This document shows positions 1 to 8,668 of a stretch of DNA of 64,000 nucleotides, piece by piece. The translations under genes were made by a program, and so were the position numbers. The notes beneath the pieces are model-generated. The model was not told the origin of the DNA, did no database searches, and saw only the letters and a list, made by a program, of their open reading frames with translations. Within the stretch, counting starts at the first letter, position 1, and each line of letters opens with the position of its first letter. The DNA comes from Bryobacteraceae bacterium (GTDB taxonomy: Bacteria; Acidobacteriota; Terriglobia; Bryobacterales; Bryobacteraceae). The stretch is from contig OZ255821.1 in assembly GCA_965277435.1 (NCBI GenBank), positions 1,784,930 to 1,848,929 on the forward strand, in the 5' to 3' direction.

Positions 1-1
1 T

Positions 2-370
2 AATCCGACGTTGTTGACGTGGTTGCGGCGTCCTGAGGCCGGAATAGAACACTTGGAGCGGTGGATAAGCGGGAAGCTAGGCAGGGAACTGCGGCATGGC
101 GTATTGACAACCGTGGAGACCGAAGCAAAGTATGCCGGCTATCTGGCACAGCAAGAGCGGCAGATCCGGGAACTAAAGGCGTCGGAGGGACGGACGATCC
201 CGGCGGGGTTTGTCTTTGAGGGTATTCCAGGGTTATCCAATGAGGTGCGGCAAAAACTGATGCGCGTACGGCCCGAAACTCTGGGGCAGGCAGGGCGGAT
301 TCCAGGGGTAACGCCGGCGGCGGTAGCGGTGTTGGATATTTATCTGAGCTTGGCAGCGGTTCCTGTTTAG
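2..370 (+). CDS. mnmG: tRNA uridine 5-carboxymethylaminomethyl modification enzyme MnmG (GidA), C-terminal fragment; the 5' end lies outside the window
   Basis: The frame is open from the window edge to TAG at 368-370. Residues VETEAKYAGYLAQQERQIRELK...GIPGLSNEVRQKL...LGQAGRIPGVTPAAVAVL match the conserved MnmG C-terminal domain. The position just upstream of parAB is canonical. Confidence 0.85.
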   Translation, partial: NPTLLTWLRRPEAGIEHLERWISGKLGRELRHGVLTTVETEAKYAGYLAQQERQIRELKASEGRTIPAGFVFEGIPGLSNEVRQKLMRVRPETLGQAGRIPGVTPAAVAVLDIYLSLAAVPV

Positions 371-371
371 A

Positions 372-387
372 TGTTCCACGTGGAACA
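372..387. promoter_or_regulatory. parS centromere-like site 1 (TGTTCCACGTGGAACA, perfect 16-bp palindrome)
   Basis: It matches the widely conserved ParB-binding consensus TGTTNCACGTGAAACA except for one symmetric change. It lies directly upstream of parA-parB. Confidence 0.8.
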
Positions 388-396
388 CGGGGTGGG

Positions 397-412
397 CGTT
401 CCACGTGGAACA
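397..412. promoter_or_regulatory. parS centromere-like site 2 (CGTTCCACGTGGAACA)
   Basis: This is a second copy of the same palindrome, starting 25 bp after the first. Only the outermost base differs. Confidence 0.75.
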
Positions 413-567
413 CTCAAGGCAGACTTTAGCCGCAGATAAACGCGGATCAACACAGATCAAACACGCTAATTTTCAATCGGCGTTTTATCCGCGTCTTCAG
501 CGTCCAATAAGTTTCGGCAATCTCCAAAGCTTGCGTTACGAGGGCAGCGTGATACGATGCGGGAGTC

Positions 568-1398
568 TTGGCCCGTGTCATCTCTATTGCAAACCAAAAA
601 GGTGGAGTCGGAAAAACCACCACTGCGATTAATTTAGCTGCCTCGCTCGCCGCTTCCGAACTCAAAGTCTTGCTGGTCGATTCCGATCCGCAAGGGAATT
701 CCACGACCGGAGTGGGAGTTCACAAAACCGACGAGACGAAAACCCTGTATCACGTTCTCCTCGGAGAAGCCGAAATCAAAGACGTTGTCGCCCCTACCGA
801 GTGGGAGGGTTTATTCCTTGTCCCCGCCGATCAGAATCTAGTGGCAACGAATCTGGACCTGGTGGATGTCGACCGGCGAGAACAGAAACTTAAAGATGCC
901 TTGGTGTCCATCCGAGCGGATTATCAATACATCCTGATTGACTGCCCTCCCGCACTTGATTTGCTAACCCTGAATGCGCTGGTTGCCTCGGATTCCGTAT
1001 TGGTCCCCATTCAATGCGAATTCTTCGCGCTCGAAGGGATTTCGCAGCTCATGGATACTATCGACCGGATCAAAGATGGCTTTAATCCTCAATTGAAGGT
1101 CGAAGGCGTGCTATTGACCATGTACGACGACAGAACGAACCTGACCAGGCAGGTAGAATCCGATCTGCGGGAATTCTTCGCGGACGAGGTGTTTCGCACG
1201 GTGGTTCCGCGTAGCGTTCGGTTAGCGGAAGCGCCTAGTTTTGGCAAGACCATCTTGGCCTACGATCCGCGTTCTCGTGGAGCGGAGGCTTATATACAAC
1301 TCGCAAAGGAAATACTGGCCCATGAACAAAGAGCCCGACCGAAGTCAGCGAAAGGCGCTGGGCAAGGGACTGTCGGCGCTCCTGCCGAATCGAAGTAA
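568..1398 (+). CDS. parA: chromosome partitioning ATPase ParA/Soj
   Basis: The N-terminus ARVISIANQKGGVGKTTTAINLAASLA is a deviant Walker A motif. Similarity to ParA runs the full length. TTG start taken from the ORF track. Confidence 0.95.
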   Translation: MARVISIANQKGGVGKTTTAINLAASLAASELKVLLVDSDPQGNSTTGVGVHKTDETKTLYHVLLGEAEIKDVVAPTEWEGLFLVPADQNLVATNLDLVDVDRREQKLKDALVSIRADYQYILIDCPPALDLLTLNALVASDSVLVPIQCEFFALEGISQLMDTIDRIKDGFNPQLKVEGVLLTMYDDRTNLTRQVESDLREFFADEVFRTVVPRSVRLAEAPSFGKTILAYDPRSRGAEAYIQLAKEILAHEQRARPKSAKGAGQGTVGAPAESK

Positions 1399-2269
1399 GG
1401 ACGTACCCCAACAGACTACTTCGGAACGTCCGACTGCTGCCCCGCCTATTGAGCCAGAGCCGGCAGGACCGATGCAGATGCTGGCGATTCATTCCGTTGA
1501 GCCGGACAGAAAGCAGCCACGGGAGCGGTTCGATGACATCAAACTCGAAGAATTGGCCCAATCGATCCGCAGCCTGGGCGTGATTCAGCCCATCACGGTG
1601 GGGGCGCTCGAAAACGGCAAGTATCGCATCGTCGCCGGCGAGCGTCGCTGGCGTGCCGCGGTAATCGCCGGACTAACGGAGATCCCGGCCATGGTGCGGT
1701 CGCTCGAAAAGCATGAAGCGCTCGAGATGGCGCTCATCGAGAATATACAACGGGAAGATCTGAATCCGATCGAAATCGCTCTTGCGTTCGCGCGTTTGTG
1801 TGTCGAATATCACCTGAGCCATGAGCAGGTAGCCCAAAAGACAGGCAAGGATCGTTCGACGGTCACCAACTTCCTCCGTTTGCTTAAGTTGACGGCTGAA
1901 GTCAGGCAGGAATTAATCGACGGGGCGCTTACGATGGGTCATGCCAAGGCCTTGGTCAACATTCCAGATGCGGAGAGGCAGAAGTCGCTTTGCGCGGCTA
2001 TCAAAGAGCGCCAGCTGTCGGTCAGAGAAACAGAAGCGTTAGTACGGCAGATCACTGAACCAGCTGGTGAGAGGGCACAAACTACTGATAAGAAAGAAGT
2101 TAAGGAAGAGGTTGACCCGAACATTCGAGCCGCCATCGAGGAAATGTCGATGGCATTGGGCACTAAGGTAAAGCTCGTTGCAAGAACCGCCAAATCAGGG
2201 CGCTTGGAAGTGGAGTACTATTCGCCGGAAGATCTTGACCGGATCTATTCTGTAATAGTAAAGCAGTAG
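1322..2269 (+). CDS. parB: chromosome partitioning protein ParB/Spo0J
   Basis: The internal ATG at 1322 gives MNKEPDRSQRKALGKGLSALLP, a typical ParB N-terminus. It has the ParB-box GERRWRAA and the HTH DRSTVTNFLRLLKL. The longer ORF-track start (1241) overlaps parA and looks spurious. Confidence 0.92.
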   Translation: MNKEPDRSQRKALGKGLSALLPNRSKDVPQQTTSERPTAAPPIEPEPAGPMQMLAIHSVEPDRKQPRERFDDIKLEELAQSIRSLGVIQPITVGALENGKYRIVAGERRWRAAVIAGLTEIPAMVRSLEKHEALEMALIENIQREDLNPIEIALAFARLCVEYHLSHEQVAQKTGKDRSTVTNFLRLLKLTAEVRQELIDGALTMGHAKALVNIPDAERQKSLCAAIKERQLSVRETEALVRQITEPAGERAQTTDKKEVKEEVDPNIRAAIEEMSMALGTKVKLVARTAKSGRLEVEYYSPEDLDRIYSVIVKQ

Positions 2270-2279
2270 GGCGAGAACC

Positions 2280-2356
2280 TGGTGCCGGCGGCAGGAGTTG
2301 AACCTGCGACCTACGGATTATGAGACCGTCGCTCTAACCACCTGAGCTACACCGGC
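2280..2356 (-). tRNA. tRNA with CAT anticodon (elongator tRNA-Met, or tRNA-Ile2 if lysidine-modified)
   Basis: The reverse complement folds by hand into a cloverleaf: acceptor GCCGGTG/CGCCGGC, D stem GCTC/GAGC, anticodon loop CTCATAA, T arm GCAGG-TTCAACT-CCTGC, encoded CCA. There is one T-T mismatch at the base of the anticodon stem. Confidence 0.85.
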
Positions 2357-2368
2357 AACAAGCGTATT

Positions 2369-4639
2369 CTAGCGCAGGACGGCTTTCGCGAGACCCGCGT
2401 TGCCGGCCGAATCGTACACACGAATCACCACCAGGTGTTCGCCGGTCCGGAGTTTATCGAGTTGCACATGGAAGCGTTCCTTAGGCGAGTCCGTAATGCC
2501 GTCGACCGATTCGATGGGTTGCCAGGCGCCGGCGTCGAGCGAATATTCGCACAGGCGCAGCGGGCTGGTCTGGTCGCTGGCTTCGATTTCGATTTCCGCC
2601 ACGGCGCCGTGGCGCTCTTGATTGGCAATCAAGACAACCGGGGGCGTGTTGTCGATCAGGACGGGCGTGCTGATGAGTTCGGTTTGGTGCGCGTATTCAG
2701 GCGCGTTCGAAGGCGCATCGGACGCCACCACGCGAAAGAAATAGCGGCCGTCGGCGAAGACGTCGGGGTCGAGCAGCAGCGTGTTTTCAAACATGTGATT
2801 GCGAATCATTTGCCATTGATTCGCGTCTTCCGCGCGAAAGTAAACCGAGTAGACCAGCTTGTCACTGTCCGGATCGTCAGCCTGCCAGGAGATCTGGGTT
2901 TGCGTGGTTTGGAGGCGGGAGACCGTCTGGCTGCTGGAGGTAGCGGAACTGGCGGCGGGGGCTTCGCCGGTATCGGTGACCGTGATGGAGTACGCGGAGG
3001 AGGCAGGCGTCGCGGGAACGCCTGTTTTGGCGGTATTCGTACCGGCGACGGACGTGACGGCGATGCTGCGGACGATCGGTGCGGAGTTTTGAGACAAATA
3101 GGGCAGATCAATGGAATTGAGCTGGGCGTCACTCCCGGCGACCCATTCGGCGCGGAACTGAATGTAGCGGCCGGAAGGGCTCTGGATGAGCGACTCGGCA
3201 GCCGAACGAATTGGGGCAGACCACGGGCTCCAGGTGGCGTCCGGGCGGGCAGCATATCCGGTACGGGTACGGAAAAGAACACCTGACCCGGTGCCGTGCC
3301 ACTGAAAGTGGCCCCAGCGGGCGACCGACGAGGAATCGTGGACGGACGATTCATAAGCGCCGGAGGAAGTACCGGCCGGATCGAGCGAGAGCAGGCGAGC
3401 CGAGTTGCTGAGGGAGGCAAAGAGGCGTGGGCCGATCTGGACGAGATCGGTCGCCTCGCCGGAGCCCAGTTCGGCGAGCAGACTGGTGCGGCCATCAGCC
3501 AACCGATAGATCCGGCCATGGTCGTCGGTCGAGAAGAGAAGCGCTTTGCCGTCCAGCAACAGCGAATAGACGTTGTCTTCCTTGGAGCTTCGGATGTTCT
3601 CGATGGCGCCGTTCGGGCGGATACGGTAGATGGCGGATTTTTCCACGCCGCTGATCTCCGTAACGCCGGTAGCTGCCGCAGCAGGAGTGGATGCGCCTGA
3701 GGAGACGCCGCTCCGAGTTTGATCGGTGGTTTTGGCGGCCTGATCGTCGATGGCGGCAGGAATGCCGTTGCTTTTATCCGCTGTAACAGTAATTACGGTG
3801 GGCGCTGCCGTCACGGTAGGAGTAGCAGCGGGCGGAGGCGCGGTCTGACCGGGCGCGGTGCGGCTGGCGACTGCGCCTCCCATGGCCGCGGCATAGACCG
3901 TCCCATCAGGATCGACGGCAATGGAGTGGATTTCGGGCAGGGAAGAGTCGTACAGCACAGTCGCGCGTCGCGGACCGGTGATGTCGTAGAGCAAACCATT
4001 CGGGTCGGAACCTGCATAGAGGTGATTGCCGGGACCGAGGGCCAGAGAAGTGATATTTGACTGCCCGGTTTCATAGTAGATTTCAGTTTGGCCCGAGGCG
4101 GCATAGCGGAAAACGCGTCCGCCTTGCCCGGTACCTAGATAGATGGAACCGTCCGGCGTCGGCTGAAGGCTCCAGATGTACTTGGCGGTTGAATGCCAGA
4201 CCTCCCGGGCCTGCCCGTTTTCAATGCGATAGAGGCCGCCGGAAGGCGAGGTGGCGGCAAAAAGCACCCCCTGAGAATCGAAACAGATCGAGAAGATTTC
4301 CGATTGTGGAGCTGTCCAGACCAGAGACGACTGGCCGCTGGGTTCGATTTTGAAAACCTTGCCGCTATGTCCGGTGGCGGCGTAGACTGCCCCATCGGGG
4401 CTGCGGGCCAAGTCCCAGAGAGCGGGTTGGTCGAGAGGAGCTGTCCAGCGAATGGACGGTCCAGGCCCGAGGCGTCCGTTGGCGTCGAGAGCCAGACCCG
4501 TGAGGCGGCCTTTTAAAAAATCGTTAAAACCGCTGACTTGCCAGGCGGTACTCGTCGCAGCGGCGGAGCTAGAGGAAAAGGAACACAGTGCCGATACGAG
4601 GAGCAAGGCGTTCGAAAAGGGGCGTGGGATGAGGGTCAC
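2369..4639 (-). CDS. secreted beta-propeller repeat protein with a C-terminal Y_Y_Y/Ig-like region (regulator-propeller-like, no kinase domain)
   Basis: The GTG at 4639 gives a signal-peptide-like N-terminus (VTLIPRPFSNALLLVSALCSFSSSSAAA) and overlaps the upstream stop as GTGA. Repeated SPDG/GxxGxVY blades are present. The C-terminus LVYSVYFRAEDANQWQMI resembles the Y_Y_Y domain. The function call is weak. Confidence 0.6.
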   Translation of the reverse strand: MTLIPRPFSNALLLVSALCSFSSSSAAATSTAWQVSGFNDFLKGRLTGLALDANGRLGPGPSIRWTAPLDQPALWDLARSPDGAVYAATGHSGKVFKIEPSGQSSLVWTAPQSEIFSICFDSQGVLFAATSPSGGLYRIENGQAREVWHSTAKYIWSLQPTPDGSIYLGTGQGGRVFRYAASGQTEIYYETGQSNITSLALGPGNHLYAGSDPNGLLYDITGPRRATVLYDSSLPEIHSIAVDPDGTVYAAAMGGAVASRTAPGQTAPPPAATPTVTAAPTVITVTADKSNGIPAAIDDQAAKTTDQTRSGVSSGASTPAAAATGVTEISGVEKSAIYRIRPNGAIENIRSSKEDNVYSLLLDGKALLFSTDDHGRIYRLADGRTSLLAELGSGEATDLVQIGPRLFASLSNSARLLSLDPAGTSSGAYESSVHDSSSVARWGHFQWHGTGSGVLFRTRTGYAARPDATWSPWSAPIRSAAESLIQSPSGRYIQFRAEWVAGSDAQLNSIDLPYLSQNSAPIVRSIAVTSVAGTNTAKTGVPATPASSAYSITVTDTGEAPAASSATSSSQTVSRLQTTQTQISWQADDPDSDKLVYSVYFRAEDANQWQMIRNHMFENTLLLDPDVFADGRYFFRVVASDAPSNAPEYAHQTELISTPVLIDNTPPVVLIANQERHGAVAEIEIEASDQTSPLRLCEYSLDAGAWQPIESVDGITDSPKERFHVQLDKLRTGEHLVVIRVYDSAGNAGLAKAVLR

Positions 4640-6690
4640 TCCTTGACTTCCACCTGAAGAGTTTTTGCGCCGGTGACAACGAAGCCAGGGGTGGAAACGG
4701 AAAGCTGAGCCACTTCCGAGCCGCGAATGAGCGCTAACCCGGCGTTGTTGGTGGCGGAATTGGATGGGTCGGACAGGACCAAAGCAACCGAAGGCGGCGG
4801 GTCGTCCAGTTCGCTGGAACTGGTGGGGCTGGAGATGGTGAAAGAAGGTTGCGGACGCCACACACGGACGTACAGAGCGTTGTTATCGCGAAAGGAGTTG
4901 ATGGTGCGAATCAGATCAGCAGCCGAGTGGCTCGACGATTGGCTCAGGCCGGCAAATTCGGGGTAGTTGAGCGTGTTGCCATCGCTCAAAGTCAAATTGA
5001 GCGGCCCGTCGGGAGCACCACTGGGGATCTGGTAGTGAAGAGTGCGTGACATCTGAAATCCGTTCTCGCCTTCGAGCAGCGCGCTGATCTGGAGAGCCTC
5101 GCCGGGGTGGACATCGTGCGTGGAGGTCCAGGCCTGGGCTAGATGAAGTTGCTGCTTGGACTCGTTGGCTTCGAGCCGGAAAGTGATTTTCTTGAGGTGT
5201 ATGTCGCCGAAGCCAGCGCCCAGGACAAAACCAAGGGGTACCACGGCGTCGGTCGAAGCCTGCTGGACTAAGCCACTGTCGCTGACGAAGGTGCCGGTGA
5301 TTTCGAGGGGCGGCAACTGATCTTCCCATTCCACGCGGCCGGCGAGCTGCACGGTTCCCCGGCCGGCGGTACGCTCGGTGGCATCGAGTACGGAGAAAAG
5401 CGCCGCCTGGGTGACAAACGGTGTGAGAAAGCGATCGTTTACGACCTGAAACCGGTAGGCGTGATTGCCGGTGGAACTAGAGTGTACGTTGACTTCCAGC
5501 GGCACGGTGTGAGCCGAACGGCCAATTTCACCGGCGACGGCGCTGGCGCGGTCGCTGAGAATAGCGCCCGTCCAAGCCGATGGGGCGGAGAGTTTAAAAG
5601 AACTGTTGAGGTTCGGGACCAGCGCGATGACCTCCGAGTGCGCGAAGGGCATTTCCACCGAGCCGATATCGAGAAAGCGATGGCCAAAGGCGTAAACGCG
5701 TTTGCCGTCGACATAAGTGACGGTTCCATCGGCCGTCATATTAAGATCGCCAGTCAGCAGGCCGACGCTGATCATGGAGCCGGGGACGATCGTTTGGGCG
5801 GTTTTAGAGGTTGCCTGGCTGGCGGAAGCGTCAGATGTCTGTCCGCTCAAGCCGGCAGCCGGCTGAAAGCCGAGACCCTGGAAACCGGCTGACAGCGTCT
5901 GAAGAGTAGCGGGTGTGAAGCCGGAGAAAGACAAAGGAATAGTGAGCGGAGTGAGATGACCGAAAGGGGTGGACACGGGTGCCTGAGCAGGCGCAACGGC
6001 ATTGAGGGCAGGGATGCCATGGCGATAAAAATTCCAGAACGAGGCTTGGCTTGGGGAGGGGAAGCGCGGTCGAGGAACGGGAGCATCGAGGCTGGACTCG
6101 GAGACCATCTGCTCGATGGGCTGTATGCCGGCGATGGGCTCTTTTGAGAAGGGGAAGCCTAAAGCGACTGCGCCGAGAAGCTTGCCGTCGATGTAAACCG
6201 GGCTGCCGCTCATACCCTGCAGAATGCCGGTCTGCGCTAAGGGACCGCCACTGAGGCGCGCGAGGATAATGACCTGCTTGGGCGAGATGTTGTTTAACAG
6301 CCCAAGAATCTCGACCTGAAACTCCTCAACGCGGTTGCCGGAGAAAACAGTGCGACCGATGCCGTGAAGTCCGGGCTTGATGTCAGCCAGCCGAAAAAAT
6401 TGCTGGGACTGGCTCTTGAGAGGAGTTGCGGCGGAAGCTACAACCAACAAGATGACAAAGGCGCAGCGCGACAACCGTCGAGCCGATGGTTGCTGAAATG
6501 CACGGAGTTTGAGGGACAAGGGTGTTATAAGCTTTCTTCGCCTGGCACTTAGCTTACTTTTATCGTAAGCATGTGACGGCGGGAGAGGCGGGTGTCGACT
6601 CGTTTTTCTTGCAGGAGCAGTGCCGGCAACCCTAAAGATTTGACGATTGCAGACGATACGAATAGTGGAGAGTATCGTTTGCTGATTCAA
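4636..6690 (-). CDS. SpoIVB-type (S55 family) serine peptidase domain protein, secreted; start uncertain (alternative TTG at 6519)
   Basis: The motif GILQGMSGSPVYIDGKLLGAVALGF matches the SpoIVB/S55 catalytic-serine region. The hydrophobic stretch CAFVILLVVASAATPL acts as a signal anchor. The first ~55 codons of the ORF-track model look non-native. Confidence 0.65.
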   Translation of the reverse strand: MNQQTILSTIRIVCNRQIFRVAGTAPARKTSRHPPLPPSHAYDKSKLSARRRKLITPLSLKLRAFQQPSARRLSRCAFVILLVVASAATPLKSQSQQFFRLADIKPGLHGIGRTVFSGNRVEEFQVEILGLLNNISPKQVIILARLSGGPLAQTGILQGMSGSPVYIDGKLLGAVALGFPFSKEPIAGIQPIEQMVSESSLDAPVPRPRFPSPSQASFWNFYRHGIPALNAVAPAQAPVSTPFGHLTPLTIPLSFSGFTPATLQTLSAGFQGLGFQPAAGLSGQTSDASASQATSKTAQTIVPGSMISVGLLTGDLNMTADGTVTYVDGKRVYAFGHRFLDIGSVEMPFAHSEVIALVPNLNSSFKLSAPSAWTGAILSDRASAVAGEIGRSAHTVPLEVNVHSSSTGNHAYRFQVVNDRFLTPFVTQAALFSVLDATERTAGRGTVQLAGRVEWEDQLPPLEITGTFVSDSGLVQQASTDAVVPLGFVLGAGFGDIHLKKITFRLEANESKQQLHLAQAWTSTHDVHPGEALQISALLEGENGFQMSRTLHYQIPSGAPDGPLNLTLSDGNTLNYPEFAGLSQSSSHSAADLIRTINSFRDNNALYVRVWRPQPSFTISSPTSSSELDDPPPSVALVLSDPSNSATNNAGLALIRGSEVAQLSVSTPGFVVTGAKTLQVEVKE

Positions 6691-6731
6691 TTAGAGCAAG
6701 TGTGGTTAACTAAAGGAGATTCAGCGAACCC

Positions 6732-7622
6732 ATGGTAAGCGCGCCCCCGGCCCCGTCGACGAGCGCTTCGACAGCAAGGCCGATTATTTCCTGGCAGCCA
6801 ATCGCCTGGTTTGGCGCACTGCTCCTTATTTGTTACGCCCCTATTCTCTACCGCATGGGAGTGCAGTGGGCGACCGACGAGAACATGGGGCACGGATTTT
6901 TCGTCCCTGTGGTTGCGGGATATATTGCCTGGCAGCGCCGGGAACTGCTGTTAGCCACGCCGCGCAAGTCCAATGGTTGGGGCTTATTCCTGGTGATTTT
7001 TGCGGCAGCGGAAGCGCTGGCAGGAACGCTAGGGGCGGAGCTCTTTACGGCCCGGCTGGCATTCGTCATCGCGTTGGTTGGTGTAATTCTCTACCTGGGC
7101 GGCACACGCTGGATACGGATTCTTTCGTTCCCTTTGCTTCTGCTGCTCTTCATGATCCCGATTCCGGCGATCATCTACGCGCAATTGACACTGAAGCTGC
7201 AAATGCTTGCCAGTCAATTGGGCGAGATCATGATCAGTGCCGCTGGGATTCCCGTGCTGCGTGCGGGAAATACGTTGCAGTTGCCGAGTCAGACACTCGA
7301 CATAGCAGAAGCGTGCAGCGGGATACGTTCGTTGATGTCGCTCGCTTTTCTTTCGCTTGTTTACAGCTATTTTGCCGACAAACGCGTATGGATGCGCTGG
7401 GTCCTGCTGGCGGCGACGATACCGATCGCGATCGGGGCGAACGGAGTGCGGGTAGCAGTCACCGGAATGCTTTCGGAAATCAATACCAAGCTGGCGCAAG
7501 GCGCGTACCACGAGACGGAAGGTTATATCGTGTTTATCGTGGCGATGGCCGCCCTTCTATTGACGCACCGGCTGATCAGTTTCGGAGCGAAGAAGTGGAG
7601 TCGGGCAGGAACAAATGAATAA
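6732..7622 (+). CDS. exosortase (EpsH/Xrt family transmembrane transpeptidase)
   Basis: Polytopic membrane protein with the exosortase signature residues: GHGFFVP near the N-terminus, catalytic-Cys motif EACSGIRSL, and NGVRV. Confidence 0.85.
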   Translation: MVSAPPAPSTSASTARPIISWQPIAWFGALLLICYAPILYRMGVQWATDENMGHGFFVPVVAGYIAWQRRELLLATPRKSNGWGLFLVIFAAAEALAGTLGAELFTARLAFVIALVGVILYLGGTRWIRILSFPLLLLLFMIPIPAIIYAQLTLKLQMLASQLGEIMISAAGIPVLRAGNTLQLPSQTLDIAEACSGIRSLMSLAFLSLVYSYFADKRVWMRWVLLAATIPIAIGANGVRVAVTGMLSEINTKLAQGAYHETEGYIVFIVAMAALLLTHRLISFGAKKWSRAGTNE

Positions 7623-8271
7623 TTTCTGGCAGTCAAAGAGCGTCAAAATACTTAGCCTGGTTCTCATCCTACAAGCCGCGACTTTTTACGGATTTTCGCG
7701 TTCTGAAAAGACACCGCCGCATAAGGCGCTCGCGCAATTCACGCTTAATAACAGTGACTGGACGATGTCCCAGGAAATGGAAATGGACAAAGAGTCGCTG
7801 GACGTCCTGAAGGCGGACGATATCTTGTCGCGCGTCTACGTGGATCAGAAAAACGGACAGACGGCGACCCTTTTTGTGGCTTATTTTTCTACCCAACGCA
7901 CGGGAAAAGCGCCACATTCGCCCAAGAATTGCCTGCCCGGGAGCGGATGGGTGCCTGCTCAGTCGGGCGATGTCTCGATTTCCATTAAAGGTCAGGACAC
8001 CCCAATCACGGTCAACGAATACGTGATCGCACGGGGCGACAACGAAAGTGTGGTCTTGTATTGGTACCAGTCGCACAATCGCGTAGTCGCGAGTGAATAT
8101 TCGGCCAAGATTTACACCGTGACCGATTCCATACGGTATAACCGGAGCGACACGGCGCTAGTCCGGGTGGTGGTAGGCGTCGCCAACGGGGACCGTCAGC
8201 GGGCGATACGGACGGCCACGTCTTTCGTGCAGACGTTTTTCGAACCCCTCAAAGAATTCCTGCCAGCCTGA
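7615..8271 (+). CDS. epsI: exosortase-associated EpsI family protein
   Basis: N-terminal TM segment plus the EpsI signature HSPKNCLPGSGW. It overlaps the exosortase stop by 8 nt. Confidence 0.8.
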   Translation: MNNFWQSKSVKILSLVLILQAATFYGFSRSEKTPPHKALAQFTLNNSDWTMSQEMEMDKESLDVLKADDILSRVYVDQKNGQTATLFVAYFSTQRTGKAPHSPKNCLPGSGWVPAQSGDVSISIKGQDTPITVNEYVIARGDNESVVLYWYQSHNRVVASEYSAKIYTVTDSIRYNRSDTALVRVVVGVANGDRQRAIRTATSFVQTFFEPLKEFLPA

Positions 8272-8287
8272 TCCAATCTGTATCCGA

Positions 8288-8668
8288 TCAGGTTCCGGAT
8301 GCTGTAAACAGGCCGGAAAAGTGACTGCTGAGCCGCCAAAACACCACAAGCCAGAGCAGTATTACAAGAATCGCCAGCGGCAAACCGCTTGGGGCCGTGA
8401 ACACATGGAAGAAGAAGATGTTGAAAATAACAGCTCCGAGAATCGTAAGTGCCAGCGGCACATAGCGATTCAGCAAAAGAAGGATTCCGCCCAGAACCTG
8501 CACAGCAAAAATGGGAATCGCGAGATGCGACGCAACCAACGCGCCCAGGAACTGGCCGGCCACTCCCGGCGGAGGCTGCATGGGAATGAAGTGCAGGAAT
8601 CCGTTCAACCCAAAGACAAGGAACACGAGCCCGAGCAGTATTCGAGCAATTAGAACGATGATTTTCAT
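8288..8668 (-). CDS. DoxX-like small integral membrane protein
   Basis: 126 aa with four predicted TM helices and a DoxX-like N-terminus (IARILLGLVFLVFGLNGF). Its start overlaps the azoR stop (ATGA). Confidence 0.55.
   Translation of the reverse strand: MKIIVLIARILLGLVFLVFGLNGFLHFIPMQPPPGVAGQFLGALVASHLAIPIFAVQVLGGILLLLNRYVPLALTILGAVIFNIFFFHVFTAPSGLPLAILVILLWLVVFWRLSSHFSGLFTASGT

Noticed and set aside
1241-1321. Long N-terminal extensions in the ORF-track models (parB 1241, GT2 35435, SDR 36610, SIS 52799, TIM-barrel 50738, TonB receptor 54791, GT2 28506, M48 33675, azoR 9315)
   Set aside because: The extensions overlap the upstream genes or consist of Arg/Ser-rich junk. In each case an internal ATG/GTG gives the family-typical N-terminus, a signal peptide, or an ATGA/GTGA coupling with the upstream stop.
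2280-2356. tRNA-Met(CAT) as an integration hotspot for a mobile element
   Set aside because: No integrase gene, no duplicated tRNA 3' segment and no compositional break were seen on either side.
2400-4650. A dense set of 60-280-aa ORFs on both strands inside the beta-propeller gene (for example 2435-3286 plus and 2806-3519 minus)
   Set aside because: These are typical shadow ORFs of a GC-rich gene. Their translations are Arg/Gly/Pro-rich low-complexity sequence with no motifs, and all lie fully within a gene that has coherent repeat architecture.
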